Shown here piece by piece: positions 17,877 through 27,655 of a DNA stretch of 64,000 bases. The stretch's first letter is position 1. Each line of letters starts with the position of its first letter. The position numbers and the translations under genes are program-made. Source of the DNA: Thermoplasmata archaeon (GTDB taxonomy: Archaea; Thermoplasmatota; Thermoplasmata; GCA-020350865); NCBI GenBank assembly GCA_020348445.1, contig CP070751.1:4985087-5049086 (forward strand), in the 5' to 3' direction. The notes under the pieces are model-generated. The model had not been told where the DNA came from, did not search any database, and saw nothing but the letters and a program-made list of their open reading frames with translations.

Positions 17877-19283
17877 ATGCTGAGAGTTTCCAACACCCTT
17901 TCGAAAACCAAGGAGGAGTTCATTCCCCTGGAAGGCAAAAAGGTCAAGATGTTTGTGTGCGGTCCAACAGTATACGACTACACGCACATAGGCCACGCCA
18001 AGTCCTACATAGGATTTGACGTCATTGCGAGGTACCTTCGATACCGGGGGTACGACCTGTTCTATCTCCAGAACATAACAGACATCGAGGACAGACTCAT
18101 TAAACGGGCAAATGAACAGGAAATTTCGGCCAAGGAACTTGCAGACGAATTTACAAAAAAATATTTTGATGATATGAATGACCTGAATGTCACGTCAGTG
18201 GACAAGTACGAGAACGCCACAGACTACATACCACAGATAATAGAGCAGATCCAGAAATTGGCTGAAAAGGGTTATGCGTACGAGATAGACGATGGAGTCT
18301 ACTTTGACGTATCCAGGTTCGAGGAGTACGGCAAGCTCATTCACAGGAGCTTTGAGGATATAATGAAAGACGAGAAAGTTTCCAGGATAGAGCCAAATCC
18401 GCAAAAGCAAAACGAGATAGATTTTTCCCTTTGGAAGAGGAAGAAACCAAATGAACCATCATGGGACTCTCCCTGGGGTGAAGGGAGACCTGGCTGGCAT
18501 ATTGAGGACACTGCCATTTCCATTACCAACTTTGGGGCCCAGTACGACATTCACGGCGGCGGCGAGGATCTCATATTTCCGCATCACGAGGCAGAGATCG
18601 CCCAGGCAGAGGCCTTCACAGGGAGGGTGCCTTTCGTGAAGTATTGGCTGCACAACAGGTTCCTTAGAATCGAAGGACAGAAGATGTCCAAATCATTGGG
18701 AAATTATATAACAGCCAGAGAGGCCATTGATAAACACGGTGCAGAGGTCATCAGGTTCTTTTTCTCTTTCAATCCATACTACAGATTGATAGATTTCTCA
18801 CATCATAAGATCGAGGAGGCGAAAGCCAAGCTTTCAAAGATAAGAAACACCACCGAGAACCTCCAGATACTTGCTGAGTCCGAAGGTGAAAAAGGTGTTG
18901 ATGTCAGTGAATTGATAAAAAAGACCAGGGAAAATATGATTTCTGCAATGGACGACAACTTCAATTCTGCAGATGCTCTGGCTGTGATCTTCGAGTTTAT
19001 ACGAAAAGTCAATGACGAGATAAGGAAGAACGAAATAGATTCCGAAGGTGCCCAAGAGCTTTTAAATTTATTTGGAGAGTTCGAGGAGATATTTGGTGTT
19101 GTATTAGTGGTGAAAAGAGAGGAAAAACTCACACCTGAGCATGAGCAATTGATCAAAGAAAGGGAGGAGGCAAGGGCAAATAAGGACTGGGCCAAAGCAG
19201 ACGAGATAAGAGATAAGCTCAAAGAACAAGGAATAGTCTTGGAGGATTCCCAGACAGGTTCTGTTTGGAAAAGAATCAAGTGA
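17877..19283 (+). CDS. cysS: Cysteine--tRNA ligase
   Basis: CGPTVYD, HIGH, GRPGWHIE, HGGGEDLIFPHHE and KMSKS motifs. Confidence 0.98.
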   Translation: MLRVSNTLSKTKEEFIPLEGKKVKMFVCGPTVYDYTHIGHAKSYIGFDVIARYLRYRGYDLFYLQNITDIEDRLIKRANEQEISAKELADEFTKKYFDDMNDLNVTSVDKYENATDYIPQIIEQIQKLAEKGYAYEIDDGVYFDVSRFEEYGKLIHRSFEDIMKDEKVSRIEPNPQKQNEIDFSLWKRKKPNEPSWDSPWGEGRPGWHIEDTAISITNFGAQYDIHGGGEDLIFPHHEAEIAQAEAFTGRVPFVKYWLHNRFLRIEGQKMSKSLGNYITAREAIDKHGAEVIRFFFSFNPYYRLIDFSHHKIEEAKAKLSKIRNTTENLQILAESEGEKGVDVSELIKKTRENMISAMDDNFNSADALAVIFEFIRKVNDEIRKNEIDSEGAQELLNLFGEFEEIFGVVLVVKREEKLTPEHEQLIKEREEARANKDWAKADEIRDKLKEQGIVLEDSQTGSVWKRIK

Positions 19284-19285
19284 TT

Positions 19286-19570
19286 TTATCTTTTTAGAAA
19301 AAACTCCTCCATCTGGGCAATATAAGAGGGTCTGAGCATGGACCGATCCACTCTATTTATGTATGAGGCCTGTACCCTGGATATATAGAGAGTGTTTTCA
19401 CCGACTTTGGTTGTAACATCCGATGGTTTGGGCTGCTTCATCCATATGGGCAGTATCTCGGAGCCAAAGCATGATGTGCAGACTCGGAAGTCCTGATTAT
19501 GTTCTTTTATGTATTCGATGATCTCGGGGTCTATCTCGATGCTTTTTTTGGAAGTGATCTGAATGAGCAT
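19286..19570 (-). CDS. Small conserved-looking hypothetical protein with CxxC motif
   Basis: DFRVCTSCFGSEILP...PKPSD; HesB-like size and pattern; downstream of the crotonase gene on the same strand. Confidence 0.7.
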   Translation of the reverse strand: MLIQITSKKSIEIDPEIIEYIKEHNQDFRVCTSCFGSEILPIWMKQPKPSDVTTKVGENTLYISRVQASYINRVDRSMLRPSYIAQMEEFFLKR

Positions 19571-19576
19571 GTGTCA

Positions 19577-20368
19577 TCACCTGTTGTTGAAGTTGGGTTT
19601 TCTCTTCTCTAAAAAGGCGTTAAGTCCTTCGTTTTTATCCTCTGTTGCAAAGGCGAGGCCCTGGGTTTCTGCCTCGTAGGCCAGGCCCTTTTCAAGGGGC
19701 ACGTTCAGGCCTGCGTTGATTGCCGATTTAACAAGGCGGATGGCGATCTGGCCGTTTTTAAGTATCTTTTGTGCCAGTCCTTTTGCCTCATCCATGAGGC
19801 TCTCTTGGGACACAACCTTGTTCACGAGGCCGATTCTCTCTGCCTCTTTTGCGTCTATCATCTGGCCCGTGAAAATCAGCTCCTTGGCCTTGGCCGAACC
19901 TATTAGTCTTGGCAGTCTCTGTGTTCCTCCGAATCCCGGGTGAATGCCCAGTGTGACTTCTGGGAGGCCGAATTTGGCAGATTCTGAAGCCAGGATCATG
20001 TCGCAGGACAGTGCAAGCTCGCATCCTCCGCCCAGTGCGAAGCCGTTCACTGCGGCGATGGTGGGTTTTGGCAGGTTGTCGATGTCGGAAAAGACGCTCT
20101 GGCCAAAGTGCATGAAGTGTCTTGCCTCCATTGGAGTCATGTCCTTCATTTCCTTGATATCGGCCCCTGCCACGAAGGCCTTCTCACCTGATCCAGTGAT
20201 TATTATAACACCCACATCAGGATCGTTTCCCAGGGTAAAAACCGCGGTTCTCAGTTCGGAGAGAGTCTCGGAGTTGAGGGCGTTTAGGGCCTTTGGCCTG
20301 TTCATGGAGATGATGCCTATGTTGTTCTCCTTTTCAACTAAAATGTTCTTGAGTTCTGTTGGTTCCAT
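19577..20368 (-). CDS. Enoyl-CoA hydratase / crotonase
   Basis: NRPKALNAL, AFVAGADI, NGFALGGGCELALSCD and PEVTLGIHPGFGGTQRL motifs; SD before ATG 20368. Confidence 0.95.
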   Translation of the reverse strand: MEPTELKNILVEKENNIGIISMNRPKALNALNSETLSELRTAVFTLGNDPDVGVIIITGSGEKAFVAGADIKEMKDMTPMEARHFMHFGQSVFSDIDNLPKPTIAAVNGFALGGGCELALSCDMILASESAKFGLPEVTLGIHPGFGGTQRLPRLIGSAKAKELIFTGQMIDAKEAERIGLVNKVVSQESLMDEAKGLAQKILKNGQIAIRLVKSAINAGLNVPLEKGLAYEAETQGLAFATEDKNEGLNAFLEKRKPNFNNR

Positions 20369-20466
20369 TTTCGTTCCTCCCCAATGCACAGAGTCATTAT
20401 GTATTAGGCGAATAGTATTTGGGGTATTTGGTCTTTTTTCTCATTTTGGGGGTTTTTTCGGGGATT

Positions 20467-22416
20467 TCACTCCTTTTTTTGATAAAACTCGTATTCCACT
20501 GAGAGATCCCAGGTGTTACCAGTATCGGGTTGGGTGAAAAAGCCGATTGGGCCTATAGAATGTTGATCCCCGCATTCACCGCAAATCACTGTAACTACGT
20601 ATGTTCCTGTTCCTTCCTCAAAGACGGGTTTATCAGGATTGAACGAAATTGGAATTGTAATAGTCCCTGAGCTACTTGTGTCTGGTTCACTTTCGAAAAG
20701 TGTACCGTTAGGAGTTTCCACCGACAAAGAGAACTCATCAGGGTCGTTTTCATAGCCAGTATCTGCCGGTTCATCATTCCAGGTCAATGTAAATGAAATT
20801 GACTTGACGTTTTCCTCTTCGATAATAATTGTTACCTCGTCCTGGGAATTCTCACTTGCGTCTCCATCAAGGGCTAAGGGCTCTCCATCCATCAGGTCAT
20901 AGCTATCAGCCCAATCGAAGGGGCCTCCGTCTTCTTCCTCCTCGATTTCGTAAAAAGTATCAGTTCCTCCAGCATATCCAACGCCGATCACGATTGGAAT
21001 GAACATAAATGCGATTACGGCAGTCACCATCTTAGACCACATACTGGTATCCTCTTTGAATGAGGGGTCCTCTTCCTTTGCGAGTTTGTTAATCCATCTA
21101 TTATATAGAATGAAGCTTGCAAAAGTTAAAACTCCCACAGCCACGATCAGTGTACCAAATAATTTTGGCATGTGGGCACTCTCGACAAAATTTGAGTACC
21201 ATACACCCATGATTGCTGGACCGACTACTATTCCCACTCCAGTTGCTACGAAAATCGCCCCCATGTAGATTGCAACCTTATCCTTAGGAGCGATCTTAGA
21301 AGTATATGCTATAAAGCCCGGGTGGACAATGAATTCACCAATAGAATATACTATTATTCCTGTTATAAATAATTCTACTGAATTACTTCCAAATGTCAGA
21401 AGAACCCCGATACAATAGATTATTATCCCAACCATCATCACATTCAATGATTTGTACTTCTCAAGGAACTTTCCCAAACTCGGACCAACGACAATGATGG
21501 TACCTGGATTTATTATTGCCAGCCATTGGACCGTAAACCAACCCGGCATTCGACGGAATTGAAGCATATAAATGGGAAGGAAACTGTGGTTCACAGCGTA
21601 CATGAACCAGAAACCTGAATATATGATCAGTAAAGTTCTGAATTTCTTATCCTGAAGAGCGGGCATTATTTTTCTGAATGCCTGGGGGACGCTTAGATCA
21701 CGCTGAGGTTCTATAGGATTTGAATACCAGACTAGGGTGATTCCCACATTAACACAGATCAATATCCCAGAGACAATGAATATGTAATAATAGCTATCCT
21801 CTGCTGGGAATGCAAATCCTAAAATCAGCGGGAAAATAAAGGCCCCGAAATTAATGAACCAGTAATAAAGAGAATATGCCAAATTACGCTGTGCATCCTT
21901 TGTAACATGAGCAATGGTTGCTGAAATCAGGGGTTTAAAAGTGCCTGCACCGAATCCCATTAGAAGCAATGCAACAATAAAAAGTCCCAAGCTTCCTGCT
22001 CTCAGGGTCGAGGTCATAAAATATCCTGATATCAACAGTACAAATGAAACCATTATCACCTGCCTGTAACCGAATTTCTCTGCAAGTGCTGAGGCAAATA
22101 AGGGCCAGAAGTACGAGAAAAATAACAGCATGGAGAATAAAAGGCCGATGGTAACAGCATCAATGCCTAGATTATGCGCCATGTGAACCGACATCACGGC
22201 AAGCATCCCATAGTAGGCCCCTCTCTCAAAAAGTTCTAATGCATCAGCCACCCAGTATAACTTAGGAAACTGACTAAAAAATCCCTTCTTCTCTTCCCCT
22301 TCCGGAGGCTCCAAAACTTCTGCTTCTACAGGTTCAGCTTCAACAGGTTCTGCCTCAACCACTTCCTCCAAAGCTGTGACTTCGTACTCTTCCCTGTCTT
22401 TGTCCTCGTTGTCCAT
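20467..22416 (-). CDS. MFS (POT/PTR-like) transporter with a C-terminal extracellular beta-sandwich extension
   Basis: ELFERGAYYG motif and GAGTFKP; about 12 TM plus an extra TM, then an acidic ~160-aa soluble tail. Confidence 0.85.
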   Translation of the reverse strand: MDNEDKDREEYEVTALEEVVEAEPVEAEPVEAEVLEPPEGEEKKGFFSQFPKLYWVADALELFERGAYYGMLAVMSVHMAHNLGIDAVTIGLLFSMLLFFSYFWPLFASALAEKFGYRQVIMVSFVLLISGYFMTSTLRAGSLGLFIVALLLMGFGAGTFKPLISATIAHVTKDAQRNLAYSLYYWFINFGAFIFPLILGFAFPAEDSYYYIFIVSGILICVNVGITLVWYSNPIEPQRDLSVPQAFRKIMPALQDKKFRTLLIIYSGFWFMYAVNHSFLPIYMLQFRRMPGWFTVQWLAIINPGTIIVVGPSLGKFLEKYKSLNVMMVGIIIYCIGVLLTFGSNSVELFITGIIVYSIGEFIVHPGFIAYTSKIAPKDKVAIYMGAIFVATGVGIVVGPAIMGVWYSNFVESAHMPKLFGTLIVAVGVLTFASFILYNRWINKLAKEEDPSFKEDTSMWSKMVTAVIAFMFIPIVIGVGYAGGTDTFYEIEEEEDGGPFDWADSYDLMDGEPLALDGDASENSQDEVTIIIEEENVKSISFTLTWNDEPADTGYENDPDEFSLSVETPNGTLFESEPDTSSSGTITIPISFNPDKPVFEEGTGTYVVTVICGECGDQHSIGPIGFFTQPDTGNTWDLSVEYEFYQKKE

Positions 22417-22494
22417 CTCTAGAACTCCTGTAGAACCTCGATTGCCCCATAAGTGTATTCTGGGTAATACAAACTACAATTTAGCTTTTCCCTC

Positions 22495-24489
22495 TCATTC
22501 CTGTGCTTCCCCAAGCACCTCAGCAACTGAGGGAAATAGTTTCATATCAGTATGCGGTAAAAACAATGCAGACGTGAACTCGTTGTAGAACATGTTATTC
22601 ACAGAAAGCTCGATGTAGGTCATCATCTTGTAAATTCTCTGTGCCTCCTCCCTTGCGTCACGGGAAAGCAAGGCCAGCCTGGCCCCTCCCAGGGAACCGT
22701 TTCCTATGAATTCGTACTTATCAAGAGGAACATCAGGGAACAAACCTAGCAAAATCGCCTTCTTCAAGTCGATATAATTTCCAAAACCTCCGGCTATGTA
22801 TATCTTTTTCAAATCATCGAATTTGTAGTTCATGCTCTTAAGAAGAACTGAGCAGCTCGCATAAACCGCGCCCTTGGTCCTTATGATGTTCTTGATGTCG
22901 GCCTCTGTGATTATAATGTCCTTTCCAGCCGCCTCCTTCATCTCGATCTCGCCATCATCTCTTCTTACTGCTATCATGTCCCTTCCTAAGGAGGTTTCCT
23001 CAGCCCATGCCACGACGAACTCCTTTCCCTCGTCCCCATGCCTTATTCTAGGCGAGGCAATATCATTTATGTTTCCACCCTTGTCTATTATGCCGTGCGT
23101 GAACAACTCGGCCAAAAGATCGATTAATCCCGAGCCGCAGATGCCCTTGGGTTTGATATCTCCTATGGTCTTGTAGAAGACCTTGATGTCCTTTCCTTCT
23201 CCACTCAATTCAGGAATAACTGTCAACGCCACCTTCTCTATGGCTCCGAAAGAGGCACGCATGCCGTGCTGAACCTCCCCCCCTTCGAACGCGGGCCCTG
23301 CTGAGCAGGAGCAGGAGGCAAGCCAATCCTTGTTGCCAATAACAGCTTCACCATTTGTCCCCACATCGATTAAAAGGGAAAGCTCCTCCTTTTTGCTCAT
23401 GCCGGATGCAAGGATATCAGCAGTGATATCCCCGCCCACATAGCTTGCCCTGCAGGGCATGCAGTATACCACAGCCTCGGGATTTATCTCAAGGTTCAGA
23501 TCCCTTGCTTTTATGGTGGGTATTAAACTGGCTGTTGGGATATACGGCTCCAGCCTGATGTGTTCGGGATCCAAAGATAAAAAGAGATGACTCATGGTGG
23601 TGTTCCCTGCGGTCACGATGCCAGTTATTTCATCCTTGCAGGTGCCGTACTCGATGCCCCTTCTACAGACCTCGTCATCGAGGGTCAGTTTCTCGATTAG
23701 AAAGTTGATGGTCTCCACGATGAGCTTGTTCAACCTGGCGAGTCCTCCTTCTTCCTCCTCTGCGTAGTTTATCCTGGCGAGGACATCCTCACCGCACACT
23801 ATTTGCTTGTTGTAATTGGATTGGGATGTTATGATCTCACCGCTGTTCAGATCTATAAGTGATACCACAACTGTCGTGGTTCCGATGTCTATAGCCAGTC
23901 CAAAATGCTTTTTCACGGCGTCCTTTGGGCCTATGTAGATGATCTCGTTTCTGCCGTCCTCCTCAGCCACGGTGGCACTAACATCCCATAGGTTATCGCG
24001 CAGGATCTTGGCGCAATTTCTCAGCAGTGTCAAAGATATCTTGGGATTTTCGATTTTTTCGTCAGCCAAACTTTTTTTAATGCGCTCCAGGTCGCTTAAG
24101 TTGTCCTCAAGGCTCGGAACTGGAAGTGCCAAGCGATATTTCCTGGTTAGGGGTGTGAGCATTTTCAAATCAATTTCCTTGGATTTTACCAGGATCTGAT
24201 GTTTCGCAGCCCTTGAGATCTCGGGGATAAAGACCTCTATATCCCCCATGACGGCACTTTCGCATGCAAGAACCAGGTTGTTTTCCTTATCTTCCTTTGA
24301 TAATAGTTCAGAATCCCGCGAAGACACATCCCCTTTTACCTGGACCTTACACTTTCCGCATTTACCCAGCCCCCCACAAACAGAATTGATGAACACATCG
24401 GCTTTTACTGCTGCATTTAAAATCGTTTCACCGATTTCAACGTTTACATTCTTATCATCAGGCTGGAATGTTACGAGACAGTCTGCCAT
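22495..24489 (-). CDS. ASKHA-domain ATP-dependent corrinoid reductive activator (RamA/RACo, DUF4445) with N-terminal 2Fe-2S ferredoxin
   Basis: CGGLGKCGKC...LAC; DIGTTTVV; DVGTNGE; GPAFEGG; GICGSG; AGGFGN. Confidence 0.92.
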   Translation of the reverse strand: MADCLVTFQPDDKNVNVEIGETILNAAVKADVFINSVCGGLGKCGKCKVQVKGDVSSRDSELLSKEDKENNLVLACESAVMGDIEVFIPEISRAAKHQILVKSKEIDLKMLTPLTRKYRLALPVPSLEDNLSDLERIKKSLADEKIENPKISLTLLRNCAKILRDNLWDVSATVAEEDGRNEIIYIGPKDAVKKHFGLAIDIGTTTVVVSLIDLNSGEIITSQSNYNKQIVCGEDVLARINYAEEEEGGLARLNKLIVETINFLIEKLTLDDEVCRRGIEYGTCKDEITGIVTAGNTTMSHLFLSLDPEHIRLEPYIPTASLIPTIKARDLNLEINPEAVVYCMPCRASYVGGDITADILASGMSKKEELSLLIDVGTNGEAVIGNKDWLASCSCSAGPAFEGGEVQHGMRASFGAIEKVALTVIPELSGEGKDIKVFYKTIGDIKPKGICGSGLIDLLAELFTHGIIDKGGNINDIASPRIRHGDEGKEFVVAWAEETSLGRDMIAVRRDDGEIEMKEAAGKDIIITEADIKNIIRTKGAVYASCSVLLKSMNYKFDDLKKIYIAGGFGNYIDLKKAILLGLFPDVPLDKYEFIGNGSLGGARLALLSRDAREEAQRIYKMMTYIELSVNNMFYNEFTSALFLPHTDMKLFPSVAEVLGEAQE

Positions 24490-24670
24490 CTACACTCCCT
24501 ACAAGTTACTATACGAATTGATAAGATAAAATGTTTTTGCATGTATCGATTTTTGTATACTATTTAACAAGCCCACGCCCCATATACGATCACAATTGAG
24601 ACTTCGCACTGAACTGCCGAGCCGCAGGATAAATTCTATCTTGGCAAATCAACATTTTTTTGAATCCCAG

Positions 24671-25543
24671 CTATCCTTTTGTGCCCCTGGCCCATTCCCT
24701 TCTTCTCTCTTTGTTGGTCATCACAATTTCTTCTTCCTTGAATTCAGATTCAGCCTCGGCCAGATACTCGATGGCCTTAAGCAGCCCCACTTTGGAAGGG
24801 CTTCTTACATCCAAACCTGCCCGCAAGAGCTCTTGGCGCAGCAATGTCATGGCCAGTCTATCGTCCTCGAATCCCTCACAGAAATCCACAATGATGGCGT
24901 CTGTTGCCCCAATCAGTGTTCCCCTGTCAGTATGCCTGTAGATTCCCTGGGCCACCAGATTTTCATACAACTCCGCAATCGGGTCCTTGGGTTTCTTTTC
25001 AGAAAGAACCATATATCCAAGACTCTGAAAAATATTTTCAACGTTATCTCCCGTTTTCGCGCTTGTTGAATACGTTGTTTTGAGATTTAGGGGCAGATCA
25101 TTTTCAACGCCAACATTATATTTTGACGCAATCTTCTCCATTTCTTCGGGCTGGAAGGCATATTCGCCCTCCAGATCCTTTTTATTGCATGCAAAGACCA
25201 ATGGAACATTATTAACGACATTGAACAAAACTGGGATCCAATATCGCTCAAGGCTGTCAAGGGTTTCGCGCCTTGTTAGGTCGGCAACAAGAAAAGCACC
25301 GTGAACCCCTGAAAATGTTCTTGAATGAAGTGCCGTATATCCCGCTCTACCCAGCACATCCCAGATCATGAGATTGAGGTCTACTTCCAGATCGCCTTTT
25401 GGAATGGTCAGGCTTTTTTTGGAAACTTTGGTACCGATGGTTGATATATATGAATCCTCGAACTTGTCGAAAACAAAACGCCGAATCATACTGGTCTTTC
25501 CTACGGCGCTGTCCCCCAAAAGGACAATTTTCTTTAAGACCAT
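24671..25543 (-). CDS. Ras/Rab-like small GTPase with a C-terminal helical extension
   Basis: G1 GDSAVGKT, G2 STIG, G3 WDVLG, G4 NKKD, G5 TSAKTG. Confidence 0.9.
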   Translation of the reverse strand: MVLKKIVLLGDSAVGKTSMIRRFVFDKFEDSYISTIGTKVSKKSLTIPKGDLEVDLNLMIWDVLGRAGYTALHSRTFSGVHGAFLVADLTRRETLDSLERYWIPVLFNVVNNVPLVFACNKKDLEGEYAFQPEEMEKIASKYNVGVENDLPLNLKTTYSTSAKTGDNVENIFQSLGYMVLSEKKPKDPIAELYENLVAQGIYRHTDRGTLIGATDAIIVDFCEGFEDDRLAMTLLRQELLRAGLDVRSPSKVGLLKAIEYLAEAESEFKEEEIVMTNKERRREWARGTKG

Positions 25544-25767
25544 AGTCTCTCCTCATCTCCGCTGATATATATTAGTAACACCGTATATAGATATTTCTTT
25601 ACTTTGGTGAGATTTTTTTACTTTTAGAAAGAATAATTAAATCCTCCGGAGGTTGAGGGGATATCAGATTCCCCTTCACTTTCTAAACTTGTTTTTTCAT
25701 CGTCCATAAAAAGTATAAATTAACTTTTTCATATAAAGCGTCGTAACTTGACTTGGGGACAGACCTT

Positions 25768-26583
25768 TCAAGTCTTCTTCTTTATAAGCATCTCGATCTT
25801 TTCTGAAAGATCATAGGCTCCTGAGATTGCCTTTCCCTCTGCAATGATCTCTCCGTCTTCTATCTTTACCCTTCCCTCTGCAAATTCTTTTATTGTTTGG
25901 ATGATCAAAGGGAGTTCCCTTTTGACTCCCTCGGCTCTGATTTCTGCAAATAGTGGTTGCCCTTCCCCTTCTTCATTCATGATATACTCGAGGCTTTTGT
26001 TCTTAAGTTTATTTTCCATATCCTGCCAGAGGCTGTCAAATTTTCCTCCTCGAATTGGAAATGTGCAGTATGTTATTGGGGGACCCCTATCCAGTATCTC
26101 TGTCACATGGTGCATCATGACACCGGTTCTGTTTGCTTTCTCAGAAATGAGTTTCCAGATGACCTCCTGCCAGGTTCCTGTAGGTCCACCAGGCTCAGCG
26201 GGGTGCAGGTTTATCATTGTATATTTATTACAAATCTCAGGGCCTGTAATGAGCATGTAGCCTGCAAGAACAGAGAGGTCCGGATTGTAATTCTCAAGGT
26301 TTTTTATTACTTCCCTGTCGTAAGCCAACCTCCAGTCCTCGATATTCCTCTTTCTAATTTCAGGCTCGAACTTCTTTGATGAGTAGCAAACCAGAGGGAT
26401 GCCGTACCTTTCCACTAGATCAAAGAATGCATCTGATTCAGAGTCCTGCCCCCTTTCCCTGTTGCTGAATACGAAGGCAAACTCAACTGAAATAAATCTG
26501 CTTTGAATGGAATCCCAGACAACAGAAAGAAGCTCCCTTGCCGCCTCGTCCCTGCCTGAGGAAAACCAACCTAATCTATACAA
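25768..26583 (-). CDS. purN: Phosphoribosylglycinamide formyltransferase (PurN-like, extended C-terminus)
   Basis: FSSGR, FVFSNR, VLAGYMLI, INLHPA, TGVMMHHV and LDRGP motifs. Confidence 0.85.
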   Translation of the reverse strand: MYRLGWFSSGRDEAARELLSVVWDSIQSRFISVEFAFVFSNRERGQDSESDAFFDLVERYGIPLVCYSSKKFEPEIRKRNIEDWRLAYDREVIKNLENYNPDLSVLAGYMLITGPEICNKYTMINLHPAEPGGPTGTWQEVIWKLISEKANRTGVMMHHVTEILDRGPPITYCTFPIRGGKFDSLWQDMENKLKNKSLEYIMNEEGEGQPLFAEIRAEGVKRELPLIIQTIKEFAEGRVKIEDGEIIAEGKAISGAYDLSEKIEMLIKKKT

Positions 26584-26669
26584 AATGTACGCCCCCTTGG
26601 ATTCCGGGTAGGTAAAAACCTTTAATAAACCTTTTTACCCTAAAAGGCCATTCTCCCTGGGCGAAGAAT

Positions 26670-27650
26670 ATGTCCAACGTGATATGTTTCGATTTGGAGG
26701 GACCATTGTCTCCCCAGGACAATGCATACGAGGTAATGGGCCTCTTCGAAAACGGCCACAGGATATTCGAGATCATAAGCAGATATGACGATCTTCTGGC
26801 CCTGGAGGGAAAGGAGGGATATGAGGCAGGGGACACCCTTGCGCTAATAGCTCCATTTCTGGTGTACCACAGGATAACAGAGAAGCACGTAACTGAGGTT
26901 AGCAAAAAGGCCATGCTCGTAGACGGTGCAAAAGAACTGATTTCTCAGTTGAAGGAGACTGGCTGGGAGGTGTACATCATATCCACAAGCTACCAGCAGC
27001 ATGCCTATAATATTGGTTCCCAGGTGAGCATATCACCAGAGAAAATACACTGCACCAGCTTTCCACTTGATAGTTACATCAGAGAGTTCGAGGGATTGGA
27101 CACTACGCTTATCGCAGAGGCCGAGCAGGAGATACTGGAGTTGTATCCTCCAATAAACGACATGAAGGTCAAGATGCGGCTTGATAGGTTCTTCTGGAAT
27201 GACATGCCCAAAAGCCCCATTGGAAGGGTGCTTTTTGATATGAGTGTGGTGGGAGGAGCACGAAAGGTTTCAGCTGCAGAGAGGGTGGCAAAGGAGCATG
27301 ATCTGGATCTGAAGGATATTGTTGTCGTGGGTGACAGCATCACAGATCTTAAGATGCTCAAGGCAGTAAATGATGAGGGAGGTCTTGCTGTGGCATTCAA
27401 TGGAAACCAGTACGCTATACCTGAAGCAACAATAGGTCTTGCCACCACGAACATGATGGATCTTATGAAGATACTGAAACCCTGGAAGGAGGGGGGCAGA
27501 GAGAAGGCGATTTCATCCTTATCCGAGTATAAGGAAAAGAAGGAGCCTTATATTCATGTACTTGTAGATAGGAATGATTTTCAAGATATAATCGATGTTC
27601 ACAAGAAGGTGAGGAACATGGTGAGGGGAAGGGCAGCTAAACTGGGGTAG
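26670..27650 (+). CDS. HAD-superfamily phosphohydrolase (EhaR/COG4030-like)
   Basis: FDLEGPLSPQDNAYE, IISTSY, VGDSITD and AFNGN motifs. Confidence 0.8.
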   Translation: MSNVICFDLEGPLSPQDNAYEVMGLFENGHRIFEIISRYDDLLALEGKEGYEAGDTLALIAPFLVYHRITEKHVTEVSKKAMLVDGAKELISQLKETGWEVYIISTSYQQHAYNIGSQVSISPEKIHCTSFPLDSYIREFEGLDTTLIAEAEQEILELYPPINDMKVKMRLDRFFWNDMPKSPIGRVLFDMSVVGGARKVSAAERVAKEHDLDLKDIVVVGDSITDLKMLKAVNDEGGLAVAFNGNQYAIPEATIGLATTNMMDLMKILKPWKEGGREKAISSLSEYKEKKEPYIHVLVDRNDFQDIIDVHKKVRNMVRGRAAKLG

Positions 27651-27655
27651 ACCAT

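Noticed and set aside
22495-24489. Pyrrolysine (TAG) readthrough suggested by the RamA-like gene
   Set aside because: No methylamine methyltransferase or pyl genes and no ORF interrupted by an in-frame TAG were seen in this window.
25624-25707. 27-aa minus-strand ORF MDDEKTSLESEGESDIPSTSGGFNYSF between purN and the GTPase
   Set aside because: Too short and no clear SD. Composition looks protein-like but cannot be supported without homologues.
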